IMG/VR virus record: IMGVR_UViG_3300021962_000074
Coordinates: 12,671-76,670 of that record
Length of the DNA stretch: 64,000 bases
Strand: one strand, 5' to 3'
DNA from: a virus
Positions 1 to 7,890 of this stretch are shown one piece after another. How positions within the stretch are numbered: position 1 is the first letter of the stretch; each line of letters starts with the position of its first letter. Made by a program: the position numbers and the translations under genes. The notes beneath the pieces were generated by a model. The model made no database searches. It was not told where the DNA came from and was given only the letters and a program-made list of their open reading frames with translations.

Positions 1-3
1 CTT

Positions 4-32
4 TTGCCTTTCATCCCACATTCAGATATAAT
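4..32 (+). promoter_or_regulatory. sigma70-like early promoter
   Basis: TTGCCT-N17-TATAAT, followed by GAGG RBS and ATG at 70. Confidence 0.75.
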
Positions 33-69
33 GAATGTGTATTTTGTAATTGTAACTGTGAGGTAATTT

Positions 70-489
70 ATGTCTACGAAGTATTATGTGTTGTTCCAGT
101 TGCTCAAGGGTGCTGGCAAGAAGGGTGCTACTGTCGCTGAATGCGCCAAGGCACTGAATTTTGCGGAGGGTTCTGTTTCTCCGTACATGTGGTCTCTGCG
201 CAAGAAGTTTGGTGCTGAGATCGAGGTTCTGAAGGACGGTCGCAAGGTTTCTGGCTATCGCCTTCTGAACGCTGCTGCTGTTGATGGTGTTATCACTCCG
301 AAGCGTCGTGGTGCTGCTACCAAGACTGCAAAGGTCACCAAGACCAAGGCTGTCAAGGTGCAGAAGGTTGCCAAGACTGCAAAGGTCACCAAGTCCAAGA
401 ACGCACCTGTTGAGGTTGAGGACATGGAGATCGAGGAGATCACCGACTCCGATTTGAGTGACATCAAGACTCAGTTGGGTTTGGTTTAA
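70..489 (+). CDS. putative early DNA-binding protein (HTH-like N-terminus, Lys/Ala/Thr-rich linker, acidic C-terminus)
   Basis: 139 aa; TVAECAKALNFAEGSVSPYMWSLRKK looks like a winged HTH; KTAKVTK repeat; strong RBS. Confidence 0.6.
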   Translation: MSTKYYVLFQLLKGAGKKGATVAECAKALNFAEGSVSPYMWSLRKKFGAEIEVLKDGRKVSGYRLLNAAAVDGVITPKRRGAATKTAKVTKTKAVKVQKVAKTAKVTKSKNAPVEVEDMEIEEITDSDLSDIKTQLGLV

Positions 490-508
490 TCTATAAGGAT
501 CCTATATT

Positions 509-916
509 ATGTCTAATTTGAATGCCCCTTTTGTCGACCCAGCTGCAGCTGCTGAGGTGTGTCTCACCTCTCTGCGTCTGGAACTTGAGAGACAACTTCC
601 AAAACGTGTTGACGCATTGCTGAATCAGACTTTCGGCACAATGGCTGACCTTGTTGGTGGTCCTATTTTCCAAGTTCATGCAAAGGCTACTAAAAATGGT
701 CTTGGTAAGCCAGTTCCTGCCACAAAGACTGCTAAGTTAGTCAACATGAAGGTTGGTGATACAATTTTCATTCCTTGTGAGAAGCGTGTCACTGTTTCTA
801 AGTTGGAGAGCCGCTGGAGTGGAATCCGCCAGCATGCTCAAAAGCGCAGCAACTTCAAGTGGCGCATCAATCGCGATCATGATCATGGTGGCGTTCACAT
901 CACTCGCACCAAGTGA
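509..916 (+). CDS. hypothetical protein (basic, possibly DNA-binding)
   Basis: 135 aa ORF; C-terminal MKVGDTIFIPC...GVHITRTK resembles small phage DNA-binding proteins. Confidence 0.6.
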   Translation: MSNLNAPFVDPAAAAEVCLTSLRLELERQLPKRVDALLNQTFGTMADLVGGPIFQVHAKATKNGLGKPVPATKTAKLVNMKVGDTIFIPCEKRVTVSKLESRWSGIRQHAQKRSNFKWRINRDHDHGGVHITRTK

Positions 917-924
917 AGGATAGT

Positions 925-954
925 GGAGAGGAGGTTCCCTCCTCTCCCTTTTCT
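925..954 (+). terminator. intrinsic terminator
   Basis: GGAGAGGAGG-TTC-CCTCCTCTCC 10-bp stem followed by CTTTTCT, just after the stop of ORF 509-916. Confidence 0.7.
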
Positions 955-1626
955 ATGCAAAAACCAACTGGCGATTTTTTCTCCACATTAGGATACTATG
1001 TCTATTGGTATACCGATGGCATTAATCCATACTACATTGGAAAGGGTGTGGGTGATCGTTGTTGGGCTCATGTAATTGATAAGAATTATGACCCAACAGA
1101 TCTACACATTGTTGCCAAAAATTTATCCGAAGATCAAGCAATTGTTCTTGAATCTTATTTGATTTTCACACACAATCCCAGAGACAATAGAGTCTCGGGA
1201 CATCATACAGAGAGGTTTGCTATGGCTAGTCTGTCGTCAATGTTTACAGAATTTGAGAGCTGCCAATATGACAATTTTGAAACATTGCCTGCTTGGTATG
1301 TTGATAATTATGCTCGTTCTTTCCGTGGAAAGATTCGCGAGTTGAAGATCAGTTCATCAACTACATTTGTATTAAGCAGTGCGAACAAGCAGATGTACAT
1401 GATGTTCTATTGGAATCCAACTGACGTTGAGTCGCCAATCAAGGTCACATTCGAAATGAGTCTTCCTGAAGGTGAGCAAATGAATGCTCTCAAGAAGAAA
1501 TGCGTTGAATGGTTGAAGACTGAAGACTACAAGAAGACTTTTCCAGATGGCAAGGCACAGAAACTTGCAGTTAATGTCGATGGAATCGGCAATGTACTAA
1601 AATTATGGGATGCGTTTTGGTCGTAA
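955..1626 (+). CDS. GIY-YIG (LEM-3-like) nuclease domain protein
   Basis: YYVYWY...PYYIGKGVGDRCWAH...E motif; ATG 955 preferred over GTG 913, which lies upstream of the terminator hairpin. Confidence 0.65.
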   Translation: MQKPTGDFFSTLGYYVYWYTDGINPYYIGKGVGDRCWAHVIDKNYDPTDLHIVAKNLSEDQAIVLESYLIFTHNPRDNRVSGHHTERFAMASLSSMFTEFESCQYDNFETLPAWYVDNYARSFRGKIRELKISSSTTFVLSSANKQMYMMFYWNPTDVESPIKVTFEMSLPEGEQMNALKKKCVEWLKTEDYKKTFPDGKAQKLAVNVDGIGNVLKLWDAFWS

Positions 1627-1627
1627 T

Positions 1628-2173
1628 ATGAACATCTTCTTCCTACATCGCGAACCACGCATCGCTGCCGAACAGCACTGTGACAAGCATGTGGTGAAGA
1701 TGATCGTCGAGTATTCGCAGCTCTTGTCTACTGCTCATCGTATCCTAGACGGTACTGAGTATGTGGGCAAGACTGCGAATGGTCGTTCTATTAAGCGTTG
1801 GAGTTTACCTGATGATCGCGAACAAAATCTCTGCTTGGCTTGCCACATTAACCACCCCAGTGCGATTTGGACTCGAAGTAACATTGATCATTATCGGTGG
1901 TTACATGATCTACTTTATTTTCTAATCGGCGAATACAAGTATCGCTACAACGATAAAGTACATAAGACAGAGGAACGTATGCCTTGGCTACTAGATGCAC
2001 CGCGAAACATTCCAATTGTAGATTGGTCAGATCCACCACCAGCAATGAAACTCTATCCGCAGTGTATCGTTCCTGGGGATTCTATTCAGTCCTATCGTAA
2101 CTATTATCTAGACGCAAAGAAACACTTTGCAAAGTGGAAGCGTCGTGGTGAACCAGATTGGTGGATTCCCTAA
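1628..2173 (+). CDS. denV: pyrimidine-dimer DNA glycosylase / endonuclease V-like protein
   Basis: MNIFFL...HCDKHVVKMIVEYSQLLSTAH...HINHPSAIW...YRNYY family motifs. Confidence 0.75.
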   Translation: MNIFFLHREPRIAAEQHCDKHVVKMIVEYSQLLSTAHRILDGTEYVGKTANGRSIKRWSLPDDREQNLCLACHINHPSAIWTRSNIDHYRWLHDLLYFLIGEYKYRYNDKVHKTEERMPWLLDAPRNIPIVDWSDPPPAMKLYPQCIVPGDSIQSYRNYYLDAKKHFAKWKRRGEPDWWIP

Positions 2174-2176
2174 ATA
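2170..2176 (+). promoter_or_regulatory. possible T4-type late promoter (CTAAATA)
   Basis: TAAATA core just upstream of ATG 2182. Confidence 0.35.
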
Positions 2177-2181
2177 TAGGG

Positions 2182-2784
2182 ATGAAAACTCTAAAAGAAT
2201 ATATTGTAGAGACGACCACTCCAAGCCTGTTCATTTGGGACATAGATGAAACGCTGTTGCAAACATCAGCCAAAATCTATGTTCGCAAAAACGGGCAGTT
2301 GGTTCGCGCTCTCACCAATACTGAATACAATTCTTATGTAAAGCAGCCCGACGAAACTCTGGACTTTTCCGAGTTTAAGAGGGCTGATCTTTTTAAGCAA
2401 ACTTCTAAACCGTACATGAATGTCATGCGCATTGCATCTAGACTCTTGCGCGTGACACTCAACAATCCTGGTTCTCGCATGATCATTGTTACAGCAAGAA
2501 GCGACTTTGATGATCGCGAAACTTTTCTAGACACCTTTCGCCAATACGGTCTCAACATGAGACATATATATGTTGAGAGGTCTGGTAATCTTGGACTTCC
2601 AACAGCTGAAGGTAAGCGTGTAACCATTGAGAAGTATTTGAGTACAGGTACATTCAAGAACGCTACATTGTTTGATGATGCTGATTCAAACCTTGCGATG
2701 TTCTTGGGATTACAGAAGAAGTATCCAAACATTTCTTTTCATGCTTACAAGGCAGAACACGGTACATTACGAAAGGTGAAATAA
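2182..2784 (+). CDS. HAD-superfamily hydrolase/phosphatase
   Basis: Motif I WDIDETL, motif II VTARS, motif IV FDDADSN. Confidence 0.75.
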   Translation: MKTLKEYIVETTTPSLFIWDIDETLLQTSAKIYVRKNGQLVRALTNTEYNSYVKQPDETLDFSEFKRADLFKQTSKPYMNVMRIASRLLRVTLNNPGSRMIIVTARSDFDDRETFLDTFRQYGLNMRHIYVERSGNLGLPTAEGKRVTIEKYLSTGTFKNATLFDDADSNLAMFLGLQKKYPNISFHAYKAEHGTLRKVK

Positions 2785-2788
2785 CTGT

Positions 2789-3106
2789 ATGCCAACTTAT
2801 TTGTTTGTGAACACTAAGACTAAGAAACAATTTGAAGAATTTATGAGCATCTCTGCTCGCGAAGAATTTCTAAAAGAAAATCCACACATACAACAGGTGC
2901 TGACGCCAACTGCATTGGTCAGCATGGTTGGTTCAATTGACGGTAAGACAGATTCTGGCTTCAAAGAAGTCATGTCTAAGATCGCAGAAAACAATCCATC
3001 CAGTCCATTAGCAGATCGCTATGGCAGAAAATCCATCAAAGACGTTAAGATCAGGGAGGTGCGTGAGAAGAATCGTAAGAAGCGCGAAGAACTAAAGAGG
3101 GTATAA
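2789..3106 (+). CDS. FmdB-like small protein conserved in T4-like phages
   Basis: MPTYLF...FLKENPHIQQ...GFKEVMSKI; typical position before phoH. Confidence 0.65.
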   Translation: MPTYLFVNTKTKKQFEEFMSISAREEFLKENPHIQQVLTPTALVSMVGSIDGKTDSGFKEVMSKIAENNPSSPLADRYGRKSIKDVKIREVREKNRKKREELKRV

Positions 3107-3861
3107 TGTCAAAAAGAAGAAATGCTAATAACATTATTGAACTTGAACATGATAGAAAAACACCAACAGCGAGACTCAAACCAAGTGATCTGAAAAGTTT
3201 TGATCCGCTCACTGACAATCAGGGAAAGTTTTATGATGCTTATACGAGAGGTGACTACTTCATTATGCTTACTGGCAGTGCTGGTACTGGGAAGTCTTTC
3301 ATTGCTTGTTATAAAAGCATCCAAGAAGTTTTCGATAAGAACAGTTCTTTTGCTAGGGTTGTTATCGTACGCAGTGCTGTTCAGTCTCGCGATGTGGGTT
3401 TTACGCCAGGATCTCTAGAAGATAAGATGGGATTGTATGAGCAACCCTATATGCAAATCTTCCATACACTATTTGGTCGCCGTGATGCTTATGAAATTCT
3501 CAAGGACTCAGGTAAGATCGAGTTCATCTCTACCAGTTTCATTCGTGGTATGAGTTTCGACGATTCAATTATCATCGTAGATGAATGTCAGAATATGAAC
3601 TGGGAAGAGTTGTCTACGATCATGACTCGCGTTGGCTATCGTTCCAAGATCATCTTCTGTGGCGATTACAAGCAGACTGATTTGACCAAGAAGTCTACGG
3701 ATAAGTCTGGACTGTATAAGTTTCATTCAATTGCAAAGATGATGGATTCATTCACCAATATTGAATTTACAACTGACGATATTGTACGTTCAAGTCTAGT
3801 GAAAGACTTCCTCATTGCAGTAGATAAGTATGAAAATAGTTTGACTACTTCCCCAAAGTAG
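3106..3861 (+). CDS. phoH: PhoH-like ATPase
   Basis: GSAGTGKS Walker A, FIRGMSF, IIVDECQN, GDYKQTDL, DIVRS motifs. Confidence 0.95.
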   Translation: MSKRRNANNIIELEHDRKTPTARLKPSDLKSFDPLTDNQGKFYDAYTRGDYFIMLTGSAGTGKSFIACYKSIQEVFDKNSSFARVVIVRSAVQSRDVGFTPGSLEDKMGLYEQPYMQIFHTLFGRRDAYEILKDSGKIEFISTSFIRGMSFDDSIIIVDECQNMNWEELSTIMTRVGYRSKIIFCGDYKQTDLTKKSTDKSGLYKFHSIAKMMDSFTNIEFTTDDIVRSSLVKDFLIAVDKYENSLTTSPK

Positions 3862-3869
3862 GCTATAAT
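3841..3869 (+). promoter_or_regulatory. sigma70-like promoter
   Basis: TTGACT-N17-TATAAT overlapping the end of phoH. Confidence 0.8.
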
Positions 3870-3898
3870 AACTGTGTGGCTTTTGAAAGGTTTATATC

Positions 3899-4027
3899 AT
3901 GAATAGTAGAGAGAAAAACGACAGACCTGAAGATCCGAGACTCAAGTTGATCGAAGGAATCATGTATGGTTTGGTCATATCGACATTCCTTTGGGGAATG
4001 ATAATCGCAGCATGGTTACTTTTCTAA
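3899..4027 (+). CDS. small single-pass membrane protein (42 aa, not in ORF track)
   Basis: MNSREKNDRPEDPRLKLIEGIMYGLVISTFLWGMIIAAWLLF*; AAGG RBS; directly downstream of the promoter. Confidence 0.6.
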   Translation: MNSREKNDRPEDPRLKLIEGIMYGLVISTFLWGMIIAAWLLF

Positions 4028-4035
4028 ATCGCTCT

Positions 4036-4692
4036 ATGTTTAATCATATCAAACACGAATTTCCTACACTCATTACGGAAAATGTAGATGGATCTAGGAT
4101 GTACAAGACACCGACAGGTGAGGCTTATCCGTCGGTAACCACGGTTCTTTCTGACTATGGTAAGAAAGAAATCATGGAATGGCGTGCCCGTGTAGGCGAA
4201 GAGAAAGCCAATAAGATCTCTCGCCAAGCCACTACACGAGGCACTTCCGTTCACTCTGTCATTGAGAAGTATATCAACAACGAAGATGTATCTGGCGTTG
4301 AGATGATGCCGAACGTCAAGTCTATCTTTCATAAGATGAAGGTGGAACTGGACAAACTGCAGAACATTCACTGTCTTGAGACTCGCCTGTTCTCTCATGA
4401 ATTGAAACTGGCTGGTCAGGTAGACTGTATCGCCGAGTACAATGGTGTGCTCTCTGTCATTGACTTTAAGACTGCCAATCGTCTAAAGAGCAAGGACAAG
4501 ATTGCAAATTATTTTATGCAGGGTGCTGCGTACTCTAAGATGTTCGAGGAGATGACGAATCATAAGATCGAGCAGGTTGTGATCCTGATTGGCGTTGATT
4601 CGGCTTCTTTTACGCAAGTTTTGAAGGTGAAACCAGAGGATTATCTAGAGGAACTGAAAGGCTATATAAATAGATACAGAGGATTAGCCTAA
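4036..4692 (+). CDS. PD-(D/E)XK exonuclease of T4-like phages
   Basis: YPSVTTVL...EWRARVGEE...RGTSVH...AGQVDCI...IDFKT...Q motifs. Confidence 0.85.
   Translation: MFNHIKHEFPTLITENVDGSRMYKTPTGEAYPSVTTVLSDYGKKEIMEWRARVGEEKANKISRQATTRGTSVHSVIEKYINNEDVSGVEMMPNVKSIFHKMKVELDKLQNIHCLETRLFSHELKLAGQVDCIAEYNGVLSVIDFKTANRLKSKDKIANYFMQGAAYSKMFEEMTNHKIEQVVILIGVDSASFTQVLKVKPEDYLEELKGYINRYRGLA
4665..4672 (+). promoter_or_regulatory. T4-type late promoter
   Basis: TATAAATA 20 nt before the thermonuclease start. Confidence 0.55.
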
Positions 4693-5051
4693 TGATAAGA
4701 CAATACATCTTCGAAGGACTAGTAGATCGCGTGGTTGATGGCGACACCTATGACATCATTCTTGATCTAGGTTTCTACATCACACACACCATTCGTGTAA
4801 GACTCAAGGGTGTTGATACACCTGAAGTCTACGGCAAGAATGCCAGTGAGGAAGGTCGCGTTGCTTCTGCTTATGTGAAATCATTGATTGAAAATCAGCG
4901 TGTGGTCGTACAGACTTATAAGAATGCACCAAGTTCATTCAATCGCTGGGAAGCAGATGTGTATTTCAATCTGCTTCTGGAAGATGGGTCAACCAGCCAA
5001 GTGAGTTTGGCTGATCATTTAGTTGAGAAAGGATATGCCGTTAGGGTATAA
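4692..5051 (+). CDS. thermonuclease (SNase-like)
   Basis: RVVDGDT...IRVRLKGVDTPE...LVEKGYA. Confidence 0.85.
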   Translation: MIRQYIFEGLVDRVVDGDTYDIILDLGFYITHTIRVRLKGVDTPEVYGKNASEEGRVASAYVKSLIENQRVVVQTYKNAPSSFNRWEADVYFNLLLEDGSTSQVSLADHLVEKGYAVRV

Positions 5052-5052
5052 T
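5023..5052 (+). promoter_or_regulatory. probable sigma70 promoter of tmRNA
   Basis: TTGAGA-N18-TATAAT just upstream of the acceptor piece. Confidence 0.5.
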
Positions 5053-5058
5053 AGAATT

Positions 5059-5370
5059 ATAGTGGTATGAAGCGAAATGAAGGTGCTGCGGACTCGGGTT
5101 CGATTCCCGACATCTCCACCAAAAGTGTACTGTAAGTATGATTCTGTCGAAACACTAGATTCAGAAGTCAATAAATGTTTCGCAAGTACACTTCTTATGG
5201 GGATGCACTGGCTTCGACGGGGCAAGATAGTTAAGCAGACCACTGGAAAGGCGACGAACCTAATTCGCGCAAACTAAGTAATCGCAGCAAATGACGATTA
5301 TTATGATTATGCCCTAGCGGCTTAATCTGAGTTTTGCAGGTTGGACTTGGAAACAGAATCAACCTGCACT
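5059..5370 (+). ncRNA. ssrA: circularly permuted (two-piece) tmRNA
   Basis: T-arm TCGGGTTCGATTCCCGA + CATCTCC-A-CCA (ends 5121) precedes GGGGATG (5199); these form a 7-bp acceptor stem with G3-U70; tag ORF 5284-5325 AANDDYYDYALAA*; 3' hairpin 5335-5368 + T run. Confidence 0.92.
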
Positions 5371-5408
5371 TTTTCAACAATCCAATAATTGGAGTTTGGT
5401 AGATATAA

Positions 5409-6074
5409 ATGAATATACATCAAGTCTATTTTGATGATTCACAAAGAGTTAATCTAAACAACGAATTCATTCCATTTCGTAACATTCCGAATATGGAAAC
5501 TCCATATCCCCAGTTTTATGAATATCCGATATTTAAATTTCTCCAGAACAAGTATGAAGAAGAGAAATATAATGGTCTATGGGGTTATGTCAGCTGGAGA
5601 TTTCAACAGAAACTTCAAAGATTTTATCCTAATCTTACACCTGCAGATTATTGTCAGTGGATAATTGATAATCCAGGTTATGATTTTTATCATATGAATG
5701 TAGTGTGGAGAGAAACTGAATTGTTTGATAATATATTTTTTCAAGGCGAGAAATGTCATCCAGGACTACTAGGCTTCTTTACAAGATTGGTTCATCTAAA
5801 AGGGTGGGATTTCGATTTACATAAAAAATATGATCCAGAGTATTCCCTCACTTGCCACTATTATGTGATGAACACTAAGACATGGCGTCAGTGGCTAAGT
5901 TTTTTAGATGACACATTTGAGTTTGTTAAATCTGATGCTCAATTATACAACTATGCGAATCGTGAAAGTAGGCACAGAAACAGTCCTTGGTATAACTGGG
6001 CGTTCATAGCCGAACGGATCATCACCATATGGATTCACTTGAATCCTCAAGTCAAATTTCTGGCATACAAATAG
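5409..6074 (+). CDS. hypothetical protein, possibly glycosyltransferase-like
   Basis: 221 aa, AT-rich, aromatic-rich; WGYVSWRF and FIAERI motifs recall DUF4422-type proteins. Confidence 0.45.
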   Translation: MNIHQVYFDDSQRVNLNNEFIPFRNIPNMETPYPQFYEYPIFKFLQNKYEEEKYNGLWGYVSWRFQQKLQRFYPNLTPADYCQWIIDNPGYDFYHMNVVWRETELFDNIFFQGEKCHPGLLGFFTRLVHLKGWDFDLHKKYDPEYSLTCHYYVMNTKTWRQWLSFLDDTFEFVKSDAQLYNYANRESRHRNSPWYNWAFIAERIITIWIHLNPQVKFLAYK

Positions 6075-6084
6075 AGATAAGCTA

Positions 6085-6672
6085 ATGTTCAATAAAACCT
6101 TTGCTGCAATTCTAATTGCAGCCACGTTCGTAATCTCACACCTATACGTTTCCGATCAGCATATGATTCATACAAAGGGTCTGGAACAGCAGATCTTTGA
6201 GTTGGCGATTCAAAATAACACTATGAATGGATTGAAAGACGAACTGGTGCGCCAAGAAACCTTCAAGCGTCAACTTGAATGCCTAGCCATGAACATCTAT
6301 CACGAGGGTCGCGGTGAATCATACGATGGCAGACTGGCAATTGCTACAGTCACCATGAATCGTGTGAACAAGGATCGTTTCCCAAGTACAGTTTGTGGAG
6401 TTGTATGGCAAGCCACGAACAAGGGTTGCCAGTTCTCTTGGACTTGCGACGGCAAGAGCGATCGTATACGCAATCAAGAAGCCTATGCTGAGTCAGTAGA
6501 AATGGCTGAAAATGTTTTGCTAAATGGACTGCGTTCGTATAAAATAGGTAGAGATGTGTATCATTATCATGCTGAATACGTGAATCCTCGATGGGAAGAA
6601 CGATGGGATGCTGAGATGATTGCGCAAATTGACAAACACAAATTCTACAGGGTTGCCATGTATGCTAATTGA
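6085..6672 (+). CDS. cell wall hydrolase, SleB/Hydrolase_2 family, N-terminal membrane anchor
   Basis: CLAMNIYHEGRGE...VTMNRV...FPSTVCGVVWQ...CQFSW...HYHAEYVNPRW...IDKHKFY. Confidence 0.9.
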   Translation: MFNKTFAAILIAATFVISHLYVSDQHMIHTKGLEQQIFELAIQNNTMNGLKDELVRQETFKRQLECLAMNIYHEGRGESYDGRLAIATVTMNRVNKDRFPSTVCGVVWQATNKGCQFSWTCDGKSDRIRNQEAYAESVEMAENVLLNGLRSYKIGRDVYHYHAEYVNPRWEERWDAEMIAQIDKHKFYRVAMYAN

Positions 6673-7669
6673 CCATGAAGTGAAACTTGACTATTCTGAT
6701 GTTCTGTTAGTTCCGCGAGAGTCTGATCTATCAAGTAGATCACAAGTTGACCTTGAGGTCAATCATTTTGACATCCCTGTAGTTCCTATCATTGCAGCGA
6801 ATATGGATGGCGTTGGAACTTTTGCGATGGCAAGAGAACTGGCTAAATATAAAATCCTGACCGCTCTTACTAAACACTATTCACTCGACGAGTTATTGGA
6901 CTTTTATGCATCAGATTCATCTAGGTACGCTGTTTATTCTATGGGCTGTAATAAAGCTGATTATGAGAAGTTTACTGCTTTCGATAGCAGCTGTAACGAC
7001 CTTGGTATTGCTCACCCCATTGGTGTTTGTATTGACGTTGCTAATGGTTATACTTCACATTTTGAAGAGTTCGTGGCGACGATTCGCGAAGAGTATCCAG
7101 ACTACATCCTCATGGTCGGCAACGTCGTCACGCCAGAACGAACCGAAAGATTGGTAGACGCAGGAGCCGATATCGTAAAAATCGGAATCGGTCCTGGCTC
7201 GGTCTGCACCACGCGAAAGTTGACTGGTGTTGGCTATCCGCAATTTTCTGCCGTGGCTGAGTGCGCATCAGCCGCAATTGGAGCAGGTGGAAACATTGTT
7301 GCGGATGGCGGCATTACATGTCCTGGCGATGCTGCCAAGGCTTTCGCTGCTGGTGCAAAATATGTAATGATTGGCGGTATGTTCGCTGGTCACGTCGAAG
7401 GTGGTAATACTTCTGATGAAGTTAAATTCTACGGCATGGCTTCCAAGGCTGCGCAGGATCAGCATAACGGTGGCGTGGCTGAGTATCGCGCCTCTGAAGG
7501 CAAGGAAGTGAAGATTGCTTTCCGTGGTCCTGTAAGTAACACCGTGCGTGAATTATTGGGTGGCATCCGTTCAGCCTGTACTTATATCGGTGCTGAGTCT
7601 TTGTCTGAAATGCCTCGACGCGCAAAGTTCGTTCGTGTCAATCGCCAACTCAATAATGTGTTTGCATGA
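6662..7669 (+). CDS. guaC: GMP reductase
   Basis: KLDYSDVLLVP, IIAANMDGVG, IDVANGY, KIGIGPGSVCTTR, ADGG, FYGMAS, YRASEG. Confidence 0.93.
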   Translation: MLIDHEVKLDYSDVLLVPRESDLSSRSQVDLEVNHFDIPVVPIIAANMDGVGTFAMARELAKYKILTALTKHYSLDELLDFYASDSSRYAVYSMGCNKADYEKFTAFDSSCNDLGIAHPIGVCIDVANGYTSHFEEFVATIREEYPDYILMVGNVVTPERTERLVDAGADIVKIGIGPGSVCTTRKLTGVGYPQFSAVAECASAAIGAGGNIVADGGITCPGDAAKAFAAGAKYVMIGGMFAGHVEGGNTSDEVKFYGMASKAAQDQHNGGVAEYRASEGKEVKIAFRGPVSNTVRELLGGIRSACTYIGAESLSEMPRRAKFVRVNRQLNNVFA

Positions 7670-7890
7670 TGGCTACACGTGAAGAGAAAAATACTTTCTC
7701 AATGATGATCCTAACTCGAGCAGAACAACTACAAACGGATCACATGGATGCTATTATCACCTATTGTGAGGAAGTTGAACTTGAAGTCGAGATTGCTGCT
7801 TCGTTGATCAATGATGTGCTATTATCTAAGTTGGAAGAAGAAGCACAACAAAATAATGTGATCCAGAGGTCTGCTAAATTACCATTATGA
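7666..7890 (+). CDS. gp33: late promoter transcription co-activator
   Basis: MDAIITYCEE...LEEEA...AKLPL; synteny 33-59-32. Confidence 0.85.
   Translation: MMATREEKNTFSMMILTRAEQLQTDHMDAIITYCEEVELEVEIAASLINDVLLSKLEEEAQQNNVIQRSAKLPL

Noticed and set aside
5088-5121. Possible tRNA gene or attachment-site remnant
   Set aside because: No upstream D/anticodon arms; its acceptor partner lies downstream, which the permuted tmRNA explains
5019-5277. ORFs 5077-5277 (+) and 5019-5243 (-)
   Set aside because: They overlap the structured tmRNA and have no protein-like features
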